Assembly: GCF_006345805.1 (NCBI RefSeq)
Contig: NC_043003.1
Location: 47,058,001 to 47,122,000 of the forward strand
Source of the DNA: Octopus sinensis
Lineage: Eukaryota
Direction of reading: 5' to 3'
Length of the DNA stretch: 64,000 nt
Shown: piece after piece, positions 41,280 through 54,637 of the stretch
How the letters are laid out: each line of letters starts with the position of its first letter
Position numbering within the stretch: position 1 is the first letter of the stretch
Made by a program: the position numbers and the translations under genes
Notes under the pieces: model-generated
Databases searched by the model: none
Told to the model about the DNA's origin: nothing
Seen by the model: only the letters and a program-made list of their open reading frames with translations

Positions 41280-44080
41280 TCAAGCTTACTTCTAGCCCGA
41301 AGAGCTGGGCGGCCTCTGCAAAGCAGGATGTGATGCGCTGCGAGGCTCTTTCTGCACAGCCCTGCTTCCCGCCGTTGTTGATGGGGAATGGCTATGACAT
41401 GTCGCTATTCAGGCGGACTTGTCTTCGTGAAGCTGGATTGTCATGGTTAGGAATTTTGGGGGACAGCCAAGTCGGTTTAGGGTCTGCCACAGATCATTCC
41501 TGCTCACAGATCGTCAGATATACAAATAAAGTGGTTTGTTTTGCTCCTGGCACTTTTCTTAGAACTGCCTGAGAACGGAAACCATATCTGTTGTGCTCCT
41601 ATTGGCTCTGAAACTACATTGGCTTTTTGGAAGATGATTTTCAGCAATGAAAGGAACAAGTCTGTTGAGGAGTAAATCTTGCTAGAACTTTTCCTGCGGT
41701 GGAAAGCAGAATGATCCCCCGGTAGTTTGAGCAGCCAAACTCTTCCCCTTTGTTTTTGTATAGTGTAATAATGACGGCATTGCAGAGATCTTGTGACAGC
41801 TTACCCTGTTGCCAGCATGCAACGAGGAGCTCATGGAGTTTAGCATGTATGACAGGAACCCCATGCTTCCATATCTCTGGTAGTATGCCATCGACTCCTG
41901 CTGCCTTTCTGCTCTTCAGCCAGCCTATGGAAACTGTGGTCTCTTCCCGTCTAATTCCACTCAGACTGGTTGCTGCTGGGTGTGGAGGATTGCGTTTTCC
42001 TGAACAGCTCAGTTTGCACTGAAGAGGGCCTGAAAGTATTCAGACCAGCGGTTGAGGATGGATGCTGTGTCTGTGAGAAGCGCCTAGCCATCTGAGCTGC
42101 GCAGGGGACTCCGGACTTGATGTGCTAGGCCGTAGACTGCTTTGAGAGCTTCATAGAACCCCCTGTAGTCGCCAGAGTCAGCGCACAACTGGATTCTCCG
42201 TGCGAGGCTGGTCCACCACTCAATCTGAACTTCTCGAAGTTTACGCTGCAGTAAGCTGCAGGCTTGGCCGAAGGCCGCTTTCTTCTCTAGGCAGGTGGGT
42301 TGCGCCAAGTGTGCTTGGTGGACAGACCTCTTCTTCAATCATTTCTGGATCAGCACATCGTTTTCGTCAAACCAATCCTTGTCCTTTTTCTTCGTAAACC
42401 CAAGGATTTCTGCAGTGGGCTGTAGGATAGCGGTTTTCAGTTGTTCCCATAGGATTTCTGAAGACGGGTCTGGGGGGCGATTGGATTTATCAAGTTTTGC
42501 CTGTAGGCCTGCTTGGAAGTTTACTTTCACTTCGTTTATCTGCAGATCGCTAGTTATGATTTTCTCGTTGTTGGCCGGTCCTGTCTTTTTCGTTGGTTTG
42601 GGCTTGAAGTGTGGTTTGAGTTTGCGACAGACCAGGCGATGGTCATTATGGCATTCTGCGCTAGGCAGCACACTAGACTGGTCTCGTTGGCGCTCTAGAA
42701 CACAGTCAAGGAGGTGCCAGTGTTTTGATCGGGGATGCATCCAGGTTGTTTTCAGACTCTTTACTGGAAGATGGTATTGGTGATGATGAGCTGATGTTCG
42801 GTGCAAAACTCGAGCAAGAATCGCCCGTTGTCGCTACAGTTCCCAACTCCATGCTTTCCGAAGTCTCCTTTCCAAGTTTCTGAATCTCAGCCCACTCTGG
42901 CATTGAAATCTCCTAGGATTATGATTTTATCATCGACGGGAATTCTCTGGAGGAGTCTGCACATGTCTGAGTAGAACTTGTCCTTGTCTGTTGGGTTTAC
43001 TTGGAGGGTCTGAGAAGAAACGCTAAAGATCGTGACATGCTGCTTGTTTTCCAGAGTAAGGCGCATGGAGATGATGCGGTCAGAATGACCTGCTGGTAGG
43101 GTTTCCAGCATTGAAGCAAAGGAGTTTCTTATCACGAAACTGACACCTGAACGGCGTCTTGCTGATGAGAGTTTGCCTGACTAATATAGGATGTATCCGG
43201 CACCATATTCTTTCAAACTGCCTTCTTCTTTGATAGCCGGATTTCACTAAAGGCTGCGATATCAATTTCTAGCCTGGACAGTTCATGTGCAATGAGAGCC
43301 GATCGCCTGAGTTAAGAATGGTTCTGACGTTCCAACATGCAATCTTCAGACATTTGGCAACATTTGAAGGGTGTTTGAAGTCTTTTCTTTTTGTATTTGT
43401 GCGTATTTGACCGCTTGAAGATGCCCGGTGACCGCGGTTTGCCAACTGGGTGTGTAGGAGACGAGCTTTCTTTAGGCCACCTTCTCTAGGCCTCTTTCCA
43501 TGTAGAGCAAGCAGTGTTCTCCCAAGATAAGGCTGCTTGGTCATTCGGGATGCAGCTGAGGGATGTTGTCGTCTCCGAGTCAACACCAGGCGACCAATGT
43601 CCCGAACCACCTGCATGCAGACTGGAAGTTGCGGCTTCCAGTGACATCATCTACCTGTCGTTTTCGCTCCATTTCCCATCGTTATAGGGCTTGGAAAGTT
43701 GTGATCGTGGTCGTGGACGTGAACAGATCCTTCGGCCTGCGCGATGGAGTTTTATGGTGAAATGCAGTCTGCGCAGAACTGGCCCCCACCTTTTACACCC
43801 GGAGTTCATCTGCCTTGGCCCAGCAAGCTGGGACAGTGACAGAGAGGTCCTCCGGTCGTAGGTTTTATATCGGAGTGACCTTCTCCTAGGCAGGCTGCCG
43901 ATCATGCCTAATGATCCCCAACTGCTCGGAGCAGCCTGGTTATACTGCACCAGTCACCTGTAATCGTCCTCTCCTGCTGGTTTAGATCCAGGTGGTACCA
44001 CGAGGAGGTCGAAGTAAGACTTGGGGTTTGCGTCATTTTTTGGAAGTTTTACCCCAATATGGTGCTCACCCAACCAACAT
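41280..44080 (-). mobile_element. RTE-clade LINE: 5' UTR, APE endonuclease and partial RT, decayed
   Basis: LKIACWNVRT, IILGDFNARVG, TTWMHPRSKHWHLLD, DHRLV, LWQTLNRLGCPPKF, NGGKQGC and AAQLFGLEVS motifs. Confidence 0.92.
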
Positions 44081-44277
44081 CTGGTGACTATGTGGGCCCC
44101 CATTAACTACCCAATTGACCCCAATACTTATTTTATTAAAGCCTGGCACCGCTAAAGTAAAGGGACATAAACAAACCAGCGCCGGTTGTTAATCTGTGGT
44201 GGCTATATAAGAGACATTTGATCAAGTACCATTCAGTGAACCTGAACCCAGAATCATGTGGATGGAAAGCAAACACA

Positions 44278-44795
44278 TATGAGGAAACAAGGTCAAGATG
44301 CGTGAAATATCCACCCTCCCCCAATTTTTTTCACCACAAATTCCTTTCTAATTGTAATCGCCACCATCTGAAAGTGGAAAATTTGCAGAAAATTTCATTA
44401 AAGAATACCCAGTTTTCAGCAAGTTGTGAGGAAACAAAGCTGATATGCGAATTTTCCGAAACTCCTCTTCCTGCTCCCTCGAAATGAATTTTCTTCCAAC
44501 AAATTCTTTTATAACCGTAATCTACACCGTTTGAAAGATATTTGTATAAAAGTTCATTAAAAAATATCCGGTTTTCTGAAAGTTATGAGGAAAAACATTT
44601 GGGTCGTATGAATTTTCCAAAACACTTCTCCCCTAACCCAGAAAAAATATTTCCCAAAACATTCCTATATTCCCGGAATCAACAACATCTGACAAGTATT
44701 TATTGAAAATTTCGTTAAAAAAAAGTAGCCATTTTTCTGAAAATTATGAGGAAAAAAAGTCGGCGTGGCACACTTGTGTATGAATGCTTTATTGG
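44278..44795. repeat. Diverged tandem repeat (3-4 units, ~147-161 bp period), probably inside a Helentron/DINE-like element
   Basis: TGAGGAAA anchor recurs at ~44281, 44428, 44587 and 44748 with shared flanks. Confidence 0.65.
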
Positions 44796-44807
44796 TTTTT
44801 AATACAT

Positions 44808-45010
44808 GAATGGCGTCCAGGAAAGCGCAGCAGTGGTAACCAGGGTCTGCGATACAGGGATATGCTGAAGAGACATATGAAGAACTCTAGTATCTCCCCA
44901 GAGGAGAAGGCTCTGGGGCGCGATGAATAGCATCGAGCACTGAAGCTCGTAACTCCATCTATAGTTGAGAAACCACGGAGAGAATACGGAAGATGGCGGC
45001 CGTTTCATAA
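44808..45010 (+). mobile_element. RTE LINE extreme 3' fragment
   Basis: Close paralog of 46795-47020. Confidence 0.8.
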
Positions 45011-45375
45011 TTTTTTTGCAGCCAGTTACTAACAGAAGTGCTTAAATTCCCTTTGCCTTAAATTCTCTAATTGATGACGACATTAACTGCAAGTGGTATT
45101 AAATATTTTGACAAATAGAAGGCTACACGGATATAAACACAGCAACATCTGATTAAATTTGTGCATCCGGCTTCTCTTCACACGAATAAACATGTTGAAG
45201 TAGATATTTTAATATCTGCCTCTAATATCCACTCACTTATAGCAAGCAAAAGGAGGACTCGTTTCCACTTTTTTTTCACTTCTCAGTTTCATTTATGCAT
45301 TCACTTCTCCCTGTGACACATGAATCAGCAAAGGAATATTTAGCCTGGAGATCTGGAATCCCTCACTTCTATATT

Positions 45376-45510
45376 CGTTTCTTCTCTAGGCACAAGGCCC
45401 GAAATTTTGGGGGAGGGAGCCGGTCGATTAGATCGACCCCAGTACGCAACTGGTGCTTAATTTATTGACCCCGAAAGGATGAAAGGCAAAGTCGACCTCG
45501 GCGGAATTTC
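45376..45510 (-). mobile_element. 5'-truncated SINE family C (short tail) with perfect 19-bp TSD
   Basis: AATCCCTCACTTCTATATT at 45357-45375 and 45511-45529. Confidence 0.92.
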
Positions 45511-45999
45511 AATCCCTCACTTCTATATTTGAATACATATGAGAAAAAAATTTTAAGCCTTAAAATCAAAGCAGTAATGTAATATACTAAACAATTAATA
45601 AAATGAGATTTTGCTTTTTGTTTCTTATTTGTTTGTTTTAGCAGACAACTACTTTCACAGGTTCTTAGGCACTTGTAATTATCCCAGCATTCTAAAAACA
45701 TTCCATACACGTGCGTTGCGCCGTCTCATGATTCGCTAGAAATGGTGACCAAAGTACCTGAAATACGCAATGACACCCTATCATATACATGTGTATCTAT
45801 GTGTGTGTGTGTGCGTCTGTGCGTGTGCGTATGTGTCTGTGTGTGTGTGTGTTGTGTGTGTGTGTGTGTGTGACCTAATGTTGCACTCATGATTACTAAA
45901 TCGTGGGTTCGATTCCCGGATTGGACTGTGTTGTGTTCTTGAGCAAGACACTTCATTTCACGTTTCTCCAGTTCATTCAGCTTGCGACGGAGCAGCCAG

Positions 46000-47025
46000 A
46001 TCTCCTCTCCGTTCCGAGACAAATTCTGTGAAGTAGTGGTACGTGCTTGCCCCAGCACTCTTCTGTCTTTACTTCGCAGTTGTGCTCGACACCATTAGAA
46101 TCAATCTACACAAAGGAGTTTTCATGCGTACCAGAACTGATGGAAAGATCATCAACTTGGCCCACCAAAATCAGGGAAATGTGTGTCAGGAAGCTATTCT
46201 ACGCAGACGAGTCAGCTTTCCTAGCCAGCAACATTGAGGATATGCAACACATTGTGGACCGGTTTTCTTGTGCAGCAGGCATGTTGGGTCTCGAGATCAA
46301 CACTTCGAAAACTGAGCTGTTCAATCAGCTTCCAATAAGATGTCCTAAAAGACTGAGAGATCCTGAGCCAGTGATACTACTCGGAGAGCCCTTAATGTAC
46401 ACTGACGCCTTTACGTGACTTGTACTAAGTCTTCTGTTCTCAAAGTTGTGAGGTGAATACAGTGTGCTACAAAAGCCTTTGGCTCTCTCAAGAAGCGTCT
46501 GCAGAGCTGCCATGCAACGCGAAGATAAAGGTACAATACCACAGTGCTTCCTTACCTCCTCCGTGCCATAGGATGCATGGCCCTCTACCGCAGGCACATT
46601 AAAGCCCTGGCGCAAGTCCAACTTCGTCATCTGCGCTCCGTCAGATGGCGGGACCGCATTCCAGATGTAAAGATCCTATGCCGCACTGGGGCAGTTAGTA
46701 TTGAGGCTCTTATTACCTCATCGCAGCTACGCTGAGAGGGACATATTTTCAGGATAGAAGGCAGCCGACTCCCGAAAGCAGTTTTCTATGTTGAACGGCG
46801 TCGATGGAAGCGCAGCTGTGGTGACCAGAGTTTGCGATACAGGCATATGCGGAAGAGACAGACATATGAAGAACTCTAGTATCTCCCCAGACATACATGG
46901 GAGGTGAAGGCTCTGGGGCACGATGAATAGCATAGAGCACTGAAAATCGTAGCTCCAGCTATAGTTGAGAAACCACGGAAGGAATACGGAAGATGGCGAC
47001 CGTTTCCCAGCCTTCATCATGCAAT
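46000..47025 (+). mobile_element. RTE-clade LINE, RT to 3' end, decayed
   Basis: VLAPALFCLYF, LFYADESA, GLEINTSKTE and WRDRIPDVKIL motifs. Confidence 0.9.
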
Positions 47026-47304
47026 AATGGTTTTTATTTTAGTATATCATAAATTATTCTACATGTTTGCACTGATATGCATGCTTTAGTTGTATAGCAT
47101 GCATATATATGCAGACATTTAAAATAATTTATGTATCACTAAAATAAAAAGTATTATTATATGGTGAAAGGTGTGAAACTTCCGTCATCCTGCGAAATAT
47201 CAACTGGTGAAATAAATATATTCATCTCACATACTTCCTGATCTTTTATTATATATATATATATATTTATTTATTTATATGTATGTATGCATGCATGTAC
47301 ACAC

Positions 47305-47357
<53 letters not shown>

Positions 47358-47399
47358 ATATTATATATATATATATATATATGTATTTATATATATCAT

Positions 47400-48463
47400 A
47401 TGATTTGATTTGATCTGTTTCAGCTCATGAGCTGTGGTCATGCTGGGGCACCGCCATTTGGTGTTGCTGCATAATTTTACTTCACTCATTCTTTTTAGAA
47501 ATTGACGTTTGGTGCATGACGCTGCCCTCGTCTGCACTTCCTGCTGTAAAGTTGATTCATCTGGGACACTTAATATTAATAGGTCTAGTTTCGTTTTGAA
47601 GACACTTACATCCACCCCACATAGGTCTCTCAGGTCCTTCGGGAGGATATTGAAAAGCTGTGAGCCTTTAAAATCCAAGCTATTGCAATATCTTGTCCAA
47701 TATCTTGATGGCAAACTTTGAGTCTTTGGCACTATCGAGTGGCACCCTGTTCTAGCATTAGTGTAATTCTCGATGCCAAAGTTTGGAACAAGTCCCTCTA
47801 GAATCTTCCAGATGTATATTATAGCATATCTTTCCCGCCTACGCTCTAGGGAATAGAATCTCAATCTCTTGGGTCTTTCCCAGTAGCTTGTATACAGCAT
47901 AAAGGTAATCTTCTTCATGTGGCTTCGTTGGATTGCTTCAAGTTCTGCAATTAATTTTACACTGGTTGGTGACCATAGCTGGGAGCAATAGTTAAAGCGG
48001 CTTAGGACAAATGATCATAGTTTCCTGATCTCTCGTTCTAAATGTTCTAAGAATCCAACCGGTCAGCCGCCTACATTTCACTGCCAAATTAGCGACATGC
48101 ATATGGAAGGATGCATCATTACTCATGTAAATGCCCAGTTATCGCACTAACTGTGTCTCTGAGATTGCAATCCCTCCAGGTCCAGTGCATTTAATTGGTG
48201 TTGCGTTTAGTTTTGCATGCTGAAACTTTTCAACATTAAACTGCATGTTATTCTTCTCACTTTGTATATTTCATCCAACCCACATTGCAGGTGCAACTCA
48301 CATAGCAGGGTTCTGTATCACCTGTGAGACTTTTGCATCATCTGCATAACTTGTGATCGTGGCTCTCTGTGTGGCTGAGGGCCATTATGAACAGTAGTGG
48401 TCCCAAAACAGTGCCTTGCGGAACACCGATCACTATTTGTGCGTCATTGGAGGTGGCCCCATT
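47400..48463 (-). mobile_element. CR1-group LINE family L-a, RT to 3' end, (ATCAA)n tail
   Basis: SVPQGTVLGPLLFI, YADDAK and SLERRRERYAIIYIWKILEG motifs. Confidence 0.92.
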
Positions 48464-49139
48464 TGTGTGTGCGTATGTGTGTTTGTGTGTGGGGGGAGCG
48501 TGTGTGTGCTTGCATGTGTGTGTATGTGTGTAACGGTTGTTATTGTTGTAACGGCATGTTGTAAGATGTGAAAGATGAACGATGAACAGTGATCGAAGTT
48601 GTAAAGAAATATTTATTTACCGTTACTTTGTATAATGCCATGCCTCGTCGGGCAGGTGTGTGTATCATATAGAAACAATAGAGTTATCTTTTCTTGTATG
48701 CTGTTGCTGTTTACGTTTGGTCAACTGCTAACTAGGAATTAGAGGAAGATTTAGTGAATGTTAAATGTAGGAAGTAGATACCTTCATTGAGCCTGACATT
48801 TAAACAGCAGCGGTGTTGTGATAAGACACTGTATCATAGTTGACATTCTCACTGTAAACATTCACTCAGTTGAATTATCTCACTAACTGGATTCTGCCTG
48901 TGGCCGCCTTTGGGTCATCCCCTTTTTGCCAACATCACTTTTTCCTGCGGTGTTTTAGTATTTATAATTATCCAAACTGGTTAGAAGGAAAGACATATTG
49001 TTGAGAACAATGAAATTCGTTGGCGGTCTGTTATCTCTATTCTAGCTTTTGGTGGCCTAGAAGAGGTTAGAAGCGTCAAGTGGCAAAAACATTATTCTGC
49101 TTAGCGAAGGCATCTGGCAAATGTAACAGCAGTAATGTA

Positions 49140-50441
49140 CGAGGGGCGTTCAATAAGTAATGCCCCTGACCCACTTCCCATAGTAGTAGAGCAACAAAAC
49201 TCGGCACAGGTATTAGTCTTTTTCTACATAGGAACCACCCAGAGTTACGCATTTCTCCCATCGTTTGATGCAGCTCTGGATACCGTTTTTGTAGAAGACC
49301 CCAGCTTGGTCCTTCAACCACGACGTGACTTCAGAAATCAAGGCTGCATCATCTGGTAAACGCTTTCCTTTCAAAAACAACTTCATGGGTGGGAAGAGGT
49401 GAAAATCAGAGGGTGCAAGGGCAGGAGAGTAGGGGGATGGGGGAGAAGTTCATAGCCGCATGCCTGTGCATTTGATCTGGCGACACGCGAGTTGTGGACC
49501 GGAGCGTTGTCCTGCAGGAGGAGGATGCCTTTGCTGATCTTGCCCCGCCTCTTGATTTTGATAGCTTCTCTTAATTTCCTCAAAAGTGAAGCATAATAGG
49601 CTCCTGTAATTGTGGTACCCTTTGCCAGAAAATCTGTCATCACTACTCCGTCCTGGTCCCAGAAGACTGTGAGCGTGACCTTGCCAGCGGAGGGCTGCAC
49701 TCTTGCCTTCTTTGGAGGAGGTGAGTCACGGCACTTCCACTGCATTGACTGGGCTTTGGTCTCTGGATCATAGTGATGGACCCAGGTTTCATCCTGTGTA
49801 ATCAGTCTTTTGAAATATTTTGACTCATCTTCTTGGCACATCTCCAAATTTATCCTCGAGCATTCGCCGCGTTCTTGCTTCTGGAAAGGTGTGAGCAACC
49901 TGGGAATCCATCTGGCAGACAACCTTTTGCATATGTAAATGGTGATATGATAGTTTCCACAGACCCGGTACTAATCTTGACTTCATGGGCTATTTGGCGA
50001 ATAGTTATGCGTCGATCTTCCAAAATGGCAGCCTCAACTTGACGGACAGATGCCTCATCAATGGCAGAAGTGGGGGCGACCAGATCTGGGAGCTGTTTCC
50101 CACAAGTTCCGACCAAGTTTGAATTCACGATGCCAGCGTTTTACAAGGTCATATGATGGGGCATCATCACCATAAGTTACTTTCATTTCATCAAAAGTTT
50201 CCCGTGGTGTGCGTCCTTTCAAATACAAAAACCGGATCACTGCTCGACACTCGACAGGCCCCATTTCACACCTGACTCAGTTCAAACACCTGTAAATCAG
50301 AAACCACAATTAGTTCAGAGCTGTAATTTCTCACTTAATCTATAGAGATATAAATAATTGCACATGCAATTGCACATGCAATTTCAGCTAGATCAAACAA
50401 CTGCAATTGGGTCAGGGGCATTACTTATTGAACGCCCCTCG
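49140..50441 (-). mobile_element. Full-length mariner (DD34D) transposon, 1302 bp
   Basis: Perfect 34-bp TIR CGAGGGGCGTTCAATAAGTAATGCCCCTGACCCA with TA TSD. Confidence 0.97.
49213..50264 (-). pseudogene. Mariner transposase with frameshifts
   Basis: MGPVECRAVIRFL, WIPRLL, ITQDETW, YDPETK, QDNAPVH, LAPSDFHLF and RWEKCV..GGSYVEKD* spread over several frames. Confidence 0.95.
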
Positions 50442-50549
50442 TAACTGCTGTAACTCACAGAAAAACCATTGTTTTACCGTGAAAAAAGGTGCTGTTGAAC
50501 TATTAAGTGAAAGACAGACACGCTATGCCTGCATGAAGCCACTACATAT

Positions 50550-51197
50550 ATGATTGATTGATTGATTCTAGTTTCAGCTTATGAGCTGTGGCCATGCTGG
50601 GGCACCGCCATTTGGTGTTGCTACTTGGTTTCACTTCACGAAAGCTTTCTAGCAACTGCCATTTGGTGCATGAGAGAGTTCGATGCAGCTGCCCTCATCT
50701 GCCCCTCCTGCCGTGAAGTTGGTTCATCTGGGACACCTGACAGGAAGAGATCCAGCTTCATTTTAAAGACATCTGCATCCACCCCATGCAGGTCTCTCAG
50801 GTTCTTCGGGAGGATATTGAAGAGCTGTGGGCTCGGAAGCCCAGGCTATCACAGAATCTTGTCCTACATCTTGATGGCAAGTTTGGAGTCCTAGGCACCA
50901 CGCAGTGGCGCCCAGTTCTGGCATTTGCGTAACTCTCGATGCCAAAGTTCAAGACACGTCCCTCCAGGATCTTCCAGATGTATTATGGCATATCTTTCCC
51001 GCCTACGCTCCAGGGAATATAGTTTTAATCTCTTGAGTCTTTCCCAGTAGCTTACATTCTGGATAGAGGCTATCTTCTTCGTGTAGCTACGTTGGATCGC
51101 CTCGAGCTCTGTGATCAACTTGACACTGGATGGTGACCATAACTGAGAGCAGTAGTCAAAGTGGCTTAGGACAAGTGTCCTCCAGAGGACCATCATG
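50550..51197 (-). mobile_element. CR1-group LINE family L-a 3' fragment, (ATCA)n tail
   Basis: SHFDYCSQLWSP...YSLERRRERYAI. Confidence 0.92.
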
Positions 51198-51209
51198 GTA
51201 TATATATAT

Positions 51210-51364
<155 letters not shown>

Positions 51365-51724
51365 TAGTTGAGGTGTATATCGTTAAGAACGAATAAGAGT
51401 ACAAAACAGAGCTTGTTCACCTTTAGATTAAAAAGCTGCCGAATTGTACTCCATCTTACTTTTGACTCTATTCTTTCATTCATATATATATTATCCGAAA
51501 TGTATAGTATAAAATATCCATCGCGGCTGATCTTATAGGTGCGAGCCCAATGGTCACTCACTGATTTGAATTAGTGTACAGATTTTATATTATAAGAAAA
51601 AGGACACCTTGGGGAACATCCAGAATGATTGCCGCCCTACATACGCTGCTATTTCTTAACCAGCTTTTTCCGGGTGCCCTAAATAATTTCCCAAAATTCT
51701 GACTACCTCTTTACGCGCGTGCAT

Positions 51725-51780
<56 letters not shown>

Positions 51781-51791
51781 ACACACACACA

Positions 51792-52014
51792 CGCGTGAAT
51801 TTACGTATTTAAATCAGCTTTTATTTATATATTTCTTTATACTTGTACCTGTGTATAGACGTTTCTGTCTATCTATCTTTAGGTCTCTCTATCTCTCTCT
51901 CTCTCTCTCACACACACACATGCACACACGCGCGCGCGCGCGCGCGTGAATTTACGTATTTACGTCCGCTTATATTTATATATTTGTTTATATTTGTATC
52001 TATGTATAGACGTT

Positions 52015-52066
<52 letters not shown>

Positions 52067-52075
52067 ACACACACC
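51792..52075. repeat. Two-copy ~150-bp tandem duplication containing microsatellites
   Basis: CGCGTGAATTTACGTATTTA...TATAGACGTTTCT at ~51792 and ~51943. Confidence 0.8.
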
Positions 52076-52306
52076 TCAGATGATTTACGACCATAATATT
52101 ATGCATTTCCTCCTCTACGCAGCAATAAAATCTATTCCACTTTTAACTTGTATATTTTGTTTCTACATTATATTTGTACCACTTTTCACTAACACAGAAT
52201 ATCGCTTGTTTTTTCTCTGAAAACTACTATATCTCTTTCAAGTGAGTCATCGTTACTAAATGTAGAAAAGTGGGAAAATCCTGTTAATTCATCATATACA
52301 TGTGTA

Positions 52307-52352
<46 letters not shown>

Positions 52353-52699
52353 ATATCTATATACAAACCATCACACAAAAAAACCACACACACACACCCA
52401 CACACACACACACACCCACACACACACAACACACACACACACACACACACACATATCGTCTGTAAAACATAAATCCGAAAAGAAGCGCACACTCTCGAAC
52501 AGTATTTAAATAAAGCTAGATAGGGCAGGTTCGCAAGTACATTCAGTTTCTCCTATCAAGTTACAAATTAAACGCCACGTTTAATTAATGTTCATCAAAG
52601 GGGAGAGAATTTATCATGCTACAGTGGGGAGAGCTGGGTTTTTCAGTTTCTGTTGCAGTTGAGGATAGACGGAAGCAGAGAGTATGGGACAATCTACGT

Positions 52700-53565
52700 T
52701 CAGGTCCCACTTTCAACTTTCTTCTCAATCAATCTGATCAATTTTCAAGGTGTCGCCTACTTTCTGCTAGTACAAAATTCTCAGGGGACTAGATTGATGC
52801 CCTATCTGCGAGCTCTACATTAGAACTCTACTCGGTTTCGATGAGCTCTGATTTTCAATCGCAGACTGGGAGCTGGCGTCTGTAAGGGATTGAGATGTCG
52901 CTATGGTAGGCCTCTCGATCCCACTGGTCTTCACGGTCTGTCTTGCCGCCTAAATGCTGGTCGCTTCGCTCTTCACACCGAGCTGAGCTTCATCAATCTC
53001 AAGCGGGCCCTGGCTCGGATTGATATCCCCTCAGTTCTGGAGCTGGCGGGATTATCCAGAAGTGATGAGAGGATATCAGATGGTCTTACTCTCTGTCCCT
53101 GGGTAAAAGGTAGGTGTCTCATCTGGGACGTCACGGCCAGTGACTCTTTTGGTCACTCCCACATCATGGATGCTGCAGTAAATGGGAGGGTCACTGCTTC
53201 CGTAGCCGAATAGAACAAAACCCTGAAGTATCGGGACCTAGCAGTGAACCATCACTTCCAGCCTGTGGCGTTTGAGATGTTTGGAGGGACTGGGTCACAA
53301 ACGGCGAAGTTTTTGTCATTGCTTGTAGCTCACCTCACCGAGGTGGCAGGTGATGATCGTGAGGGTGCTTGGCTTTTCCAACGCTTTAGCCTCACCATCG
53401 CCAGTGGTAATGCCGCGAGCATGGTAGCTTGCTTCAGTAGATTACATTGAACCTTGTGGTGTGCGACCAATCGAAGCACTTGGTACTGCATTGATGTTTT
53501 CTTTCTTTCTTTTCTTTCTCTCTTATTTTTTTTTTTTTTTGCTTTTTTCTTTGTCTTTCTTTTGT
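52700..53565 (+). mobile_element. CRE-clade non-LTR retrotransposon 3' part (Zn knuckle and restriction-like endonuclease), (TTTC)n tail
   Basis: CRYG...GLHGLSC, decayed RPDG (RISDGLTL.PW.KG..LIWDVT), KYRDL, FQPVAFE and WLFQRFSLTIASGNAA. Confidence 0.85.
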
Positions 53566-53589
53566 ACTATATATGTATCATATACATCT

Positions 53590-53817
53590 CTCTCTAACCG
53601 CTCAGTCGAAGTCGACTCTCGGTCACTCGTTGGATCAGTGTCCTCCAGTCAGTTCTATCCTGGGTGGCTTCCTTCAGACTGGCCATGTCCATTCCGGTAT
53701 CACTCCTGGTGGTGTCAAGCCAGCGGGTTCTTGGTCGGCCTCTTCCTCTCTTGTCACTGACCATTCCGAGCATGATGTCCTTCTCCAGGGATTCTCTCCG
53801 CATAATATGACCGAAAT
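53590..53817 (-). mobile_element. RTE LINE extreme 3' fragment
   Basis: FGHIMRRESLEKDIMLG...RGRGRPRTRWLD...QDRTDWR. Confidence 0.9.
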
Positions 53818-53922
53818 CTGTGTGTGTGTGGTGTATGTGTGTTGTGTGTGTGTGTCTGTGTGTATACATACGTGTTATATATGTGATAAAATTTGTAAAT
53901 AAAATTGTCAATATTTTTAATT

Positions 53923-54142
53923 TGTTTCGGTCATTGGATTGTGGCTTTAGAGGGGCACCGCTTTGTAATGTTTTTAGTCAAACGAATTCACCTTCAGCAC
54001 CATTTTTTTTTCCGAGTATGGTATTTAATCTATCGGCACCTTTTATCCAACCACTTCCAAAAAAGAACGTAAACAAACCGTTATCGGCTGTCAAGTAGTG
54101 GAGGGGGAAAACAATACCACGAAAACACACATGCATATATAT

Positions 54143-54191
<49 letters not shown>

Positions 54192-54557
54192 TGTCTGTCT
54201 GTGTGTGTATGTGTGTGTGTGTGTATGTGTGTGTGTGTGTCTATGCGTGTGTGTGTGTAATATATTACTGCTCTAACTTTAAAAGTGTGCTTCTTTTTCG
54301 ATATATGATTCACTGATTATATATATATTTATACACGGTGAACTTCTTTCAGTTTCCATCTACCAAATCCACTCATAAGGTTTGGTCGACCCTGGACTAT
54401 AGAAGAAGATAATTGTTCCAGGTGACATTCAGTGGTACTGAACCTATGAACCTGGAACTATGTGCTTGGGAAGCGAACTTCTTATCAAACAGTAAAAAGT
54501 AAAAAAAATACTTTCAAATTGTTTCAGTTAGTGAACTGTAGTCGAGAGGGAGAGAGA

Positions 54558-54596
<39 letters not shown>

Positions 54597-54600
54597 AGGT

Positions 54601-54637
<37 letters not shown>

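Larger units (their letters stand above)
48529..50546 (-). mobile_element. Probable solo LTR (~710 bp) interrupted by the mariner
   Basis: Minus strand TGTAGT...GTTACA termini with AATAAA; its end is homologous to 63540-63730. Confidence 0.55.
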
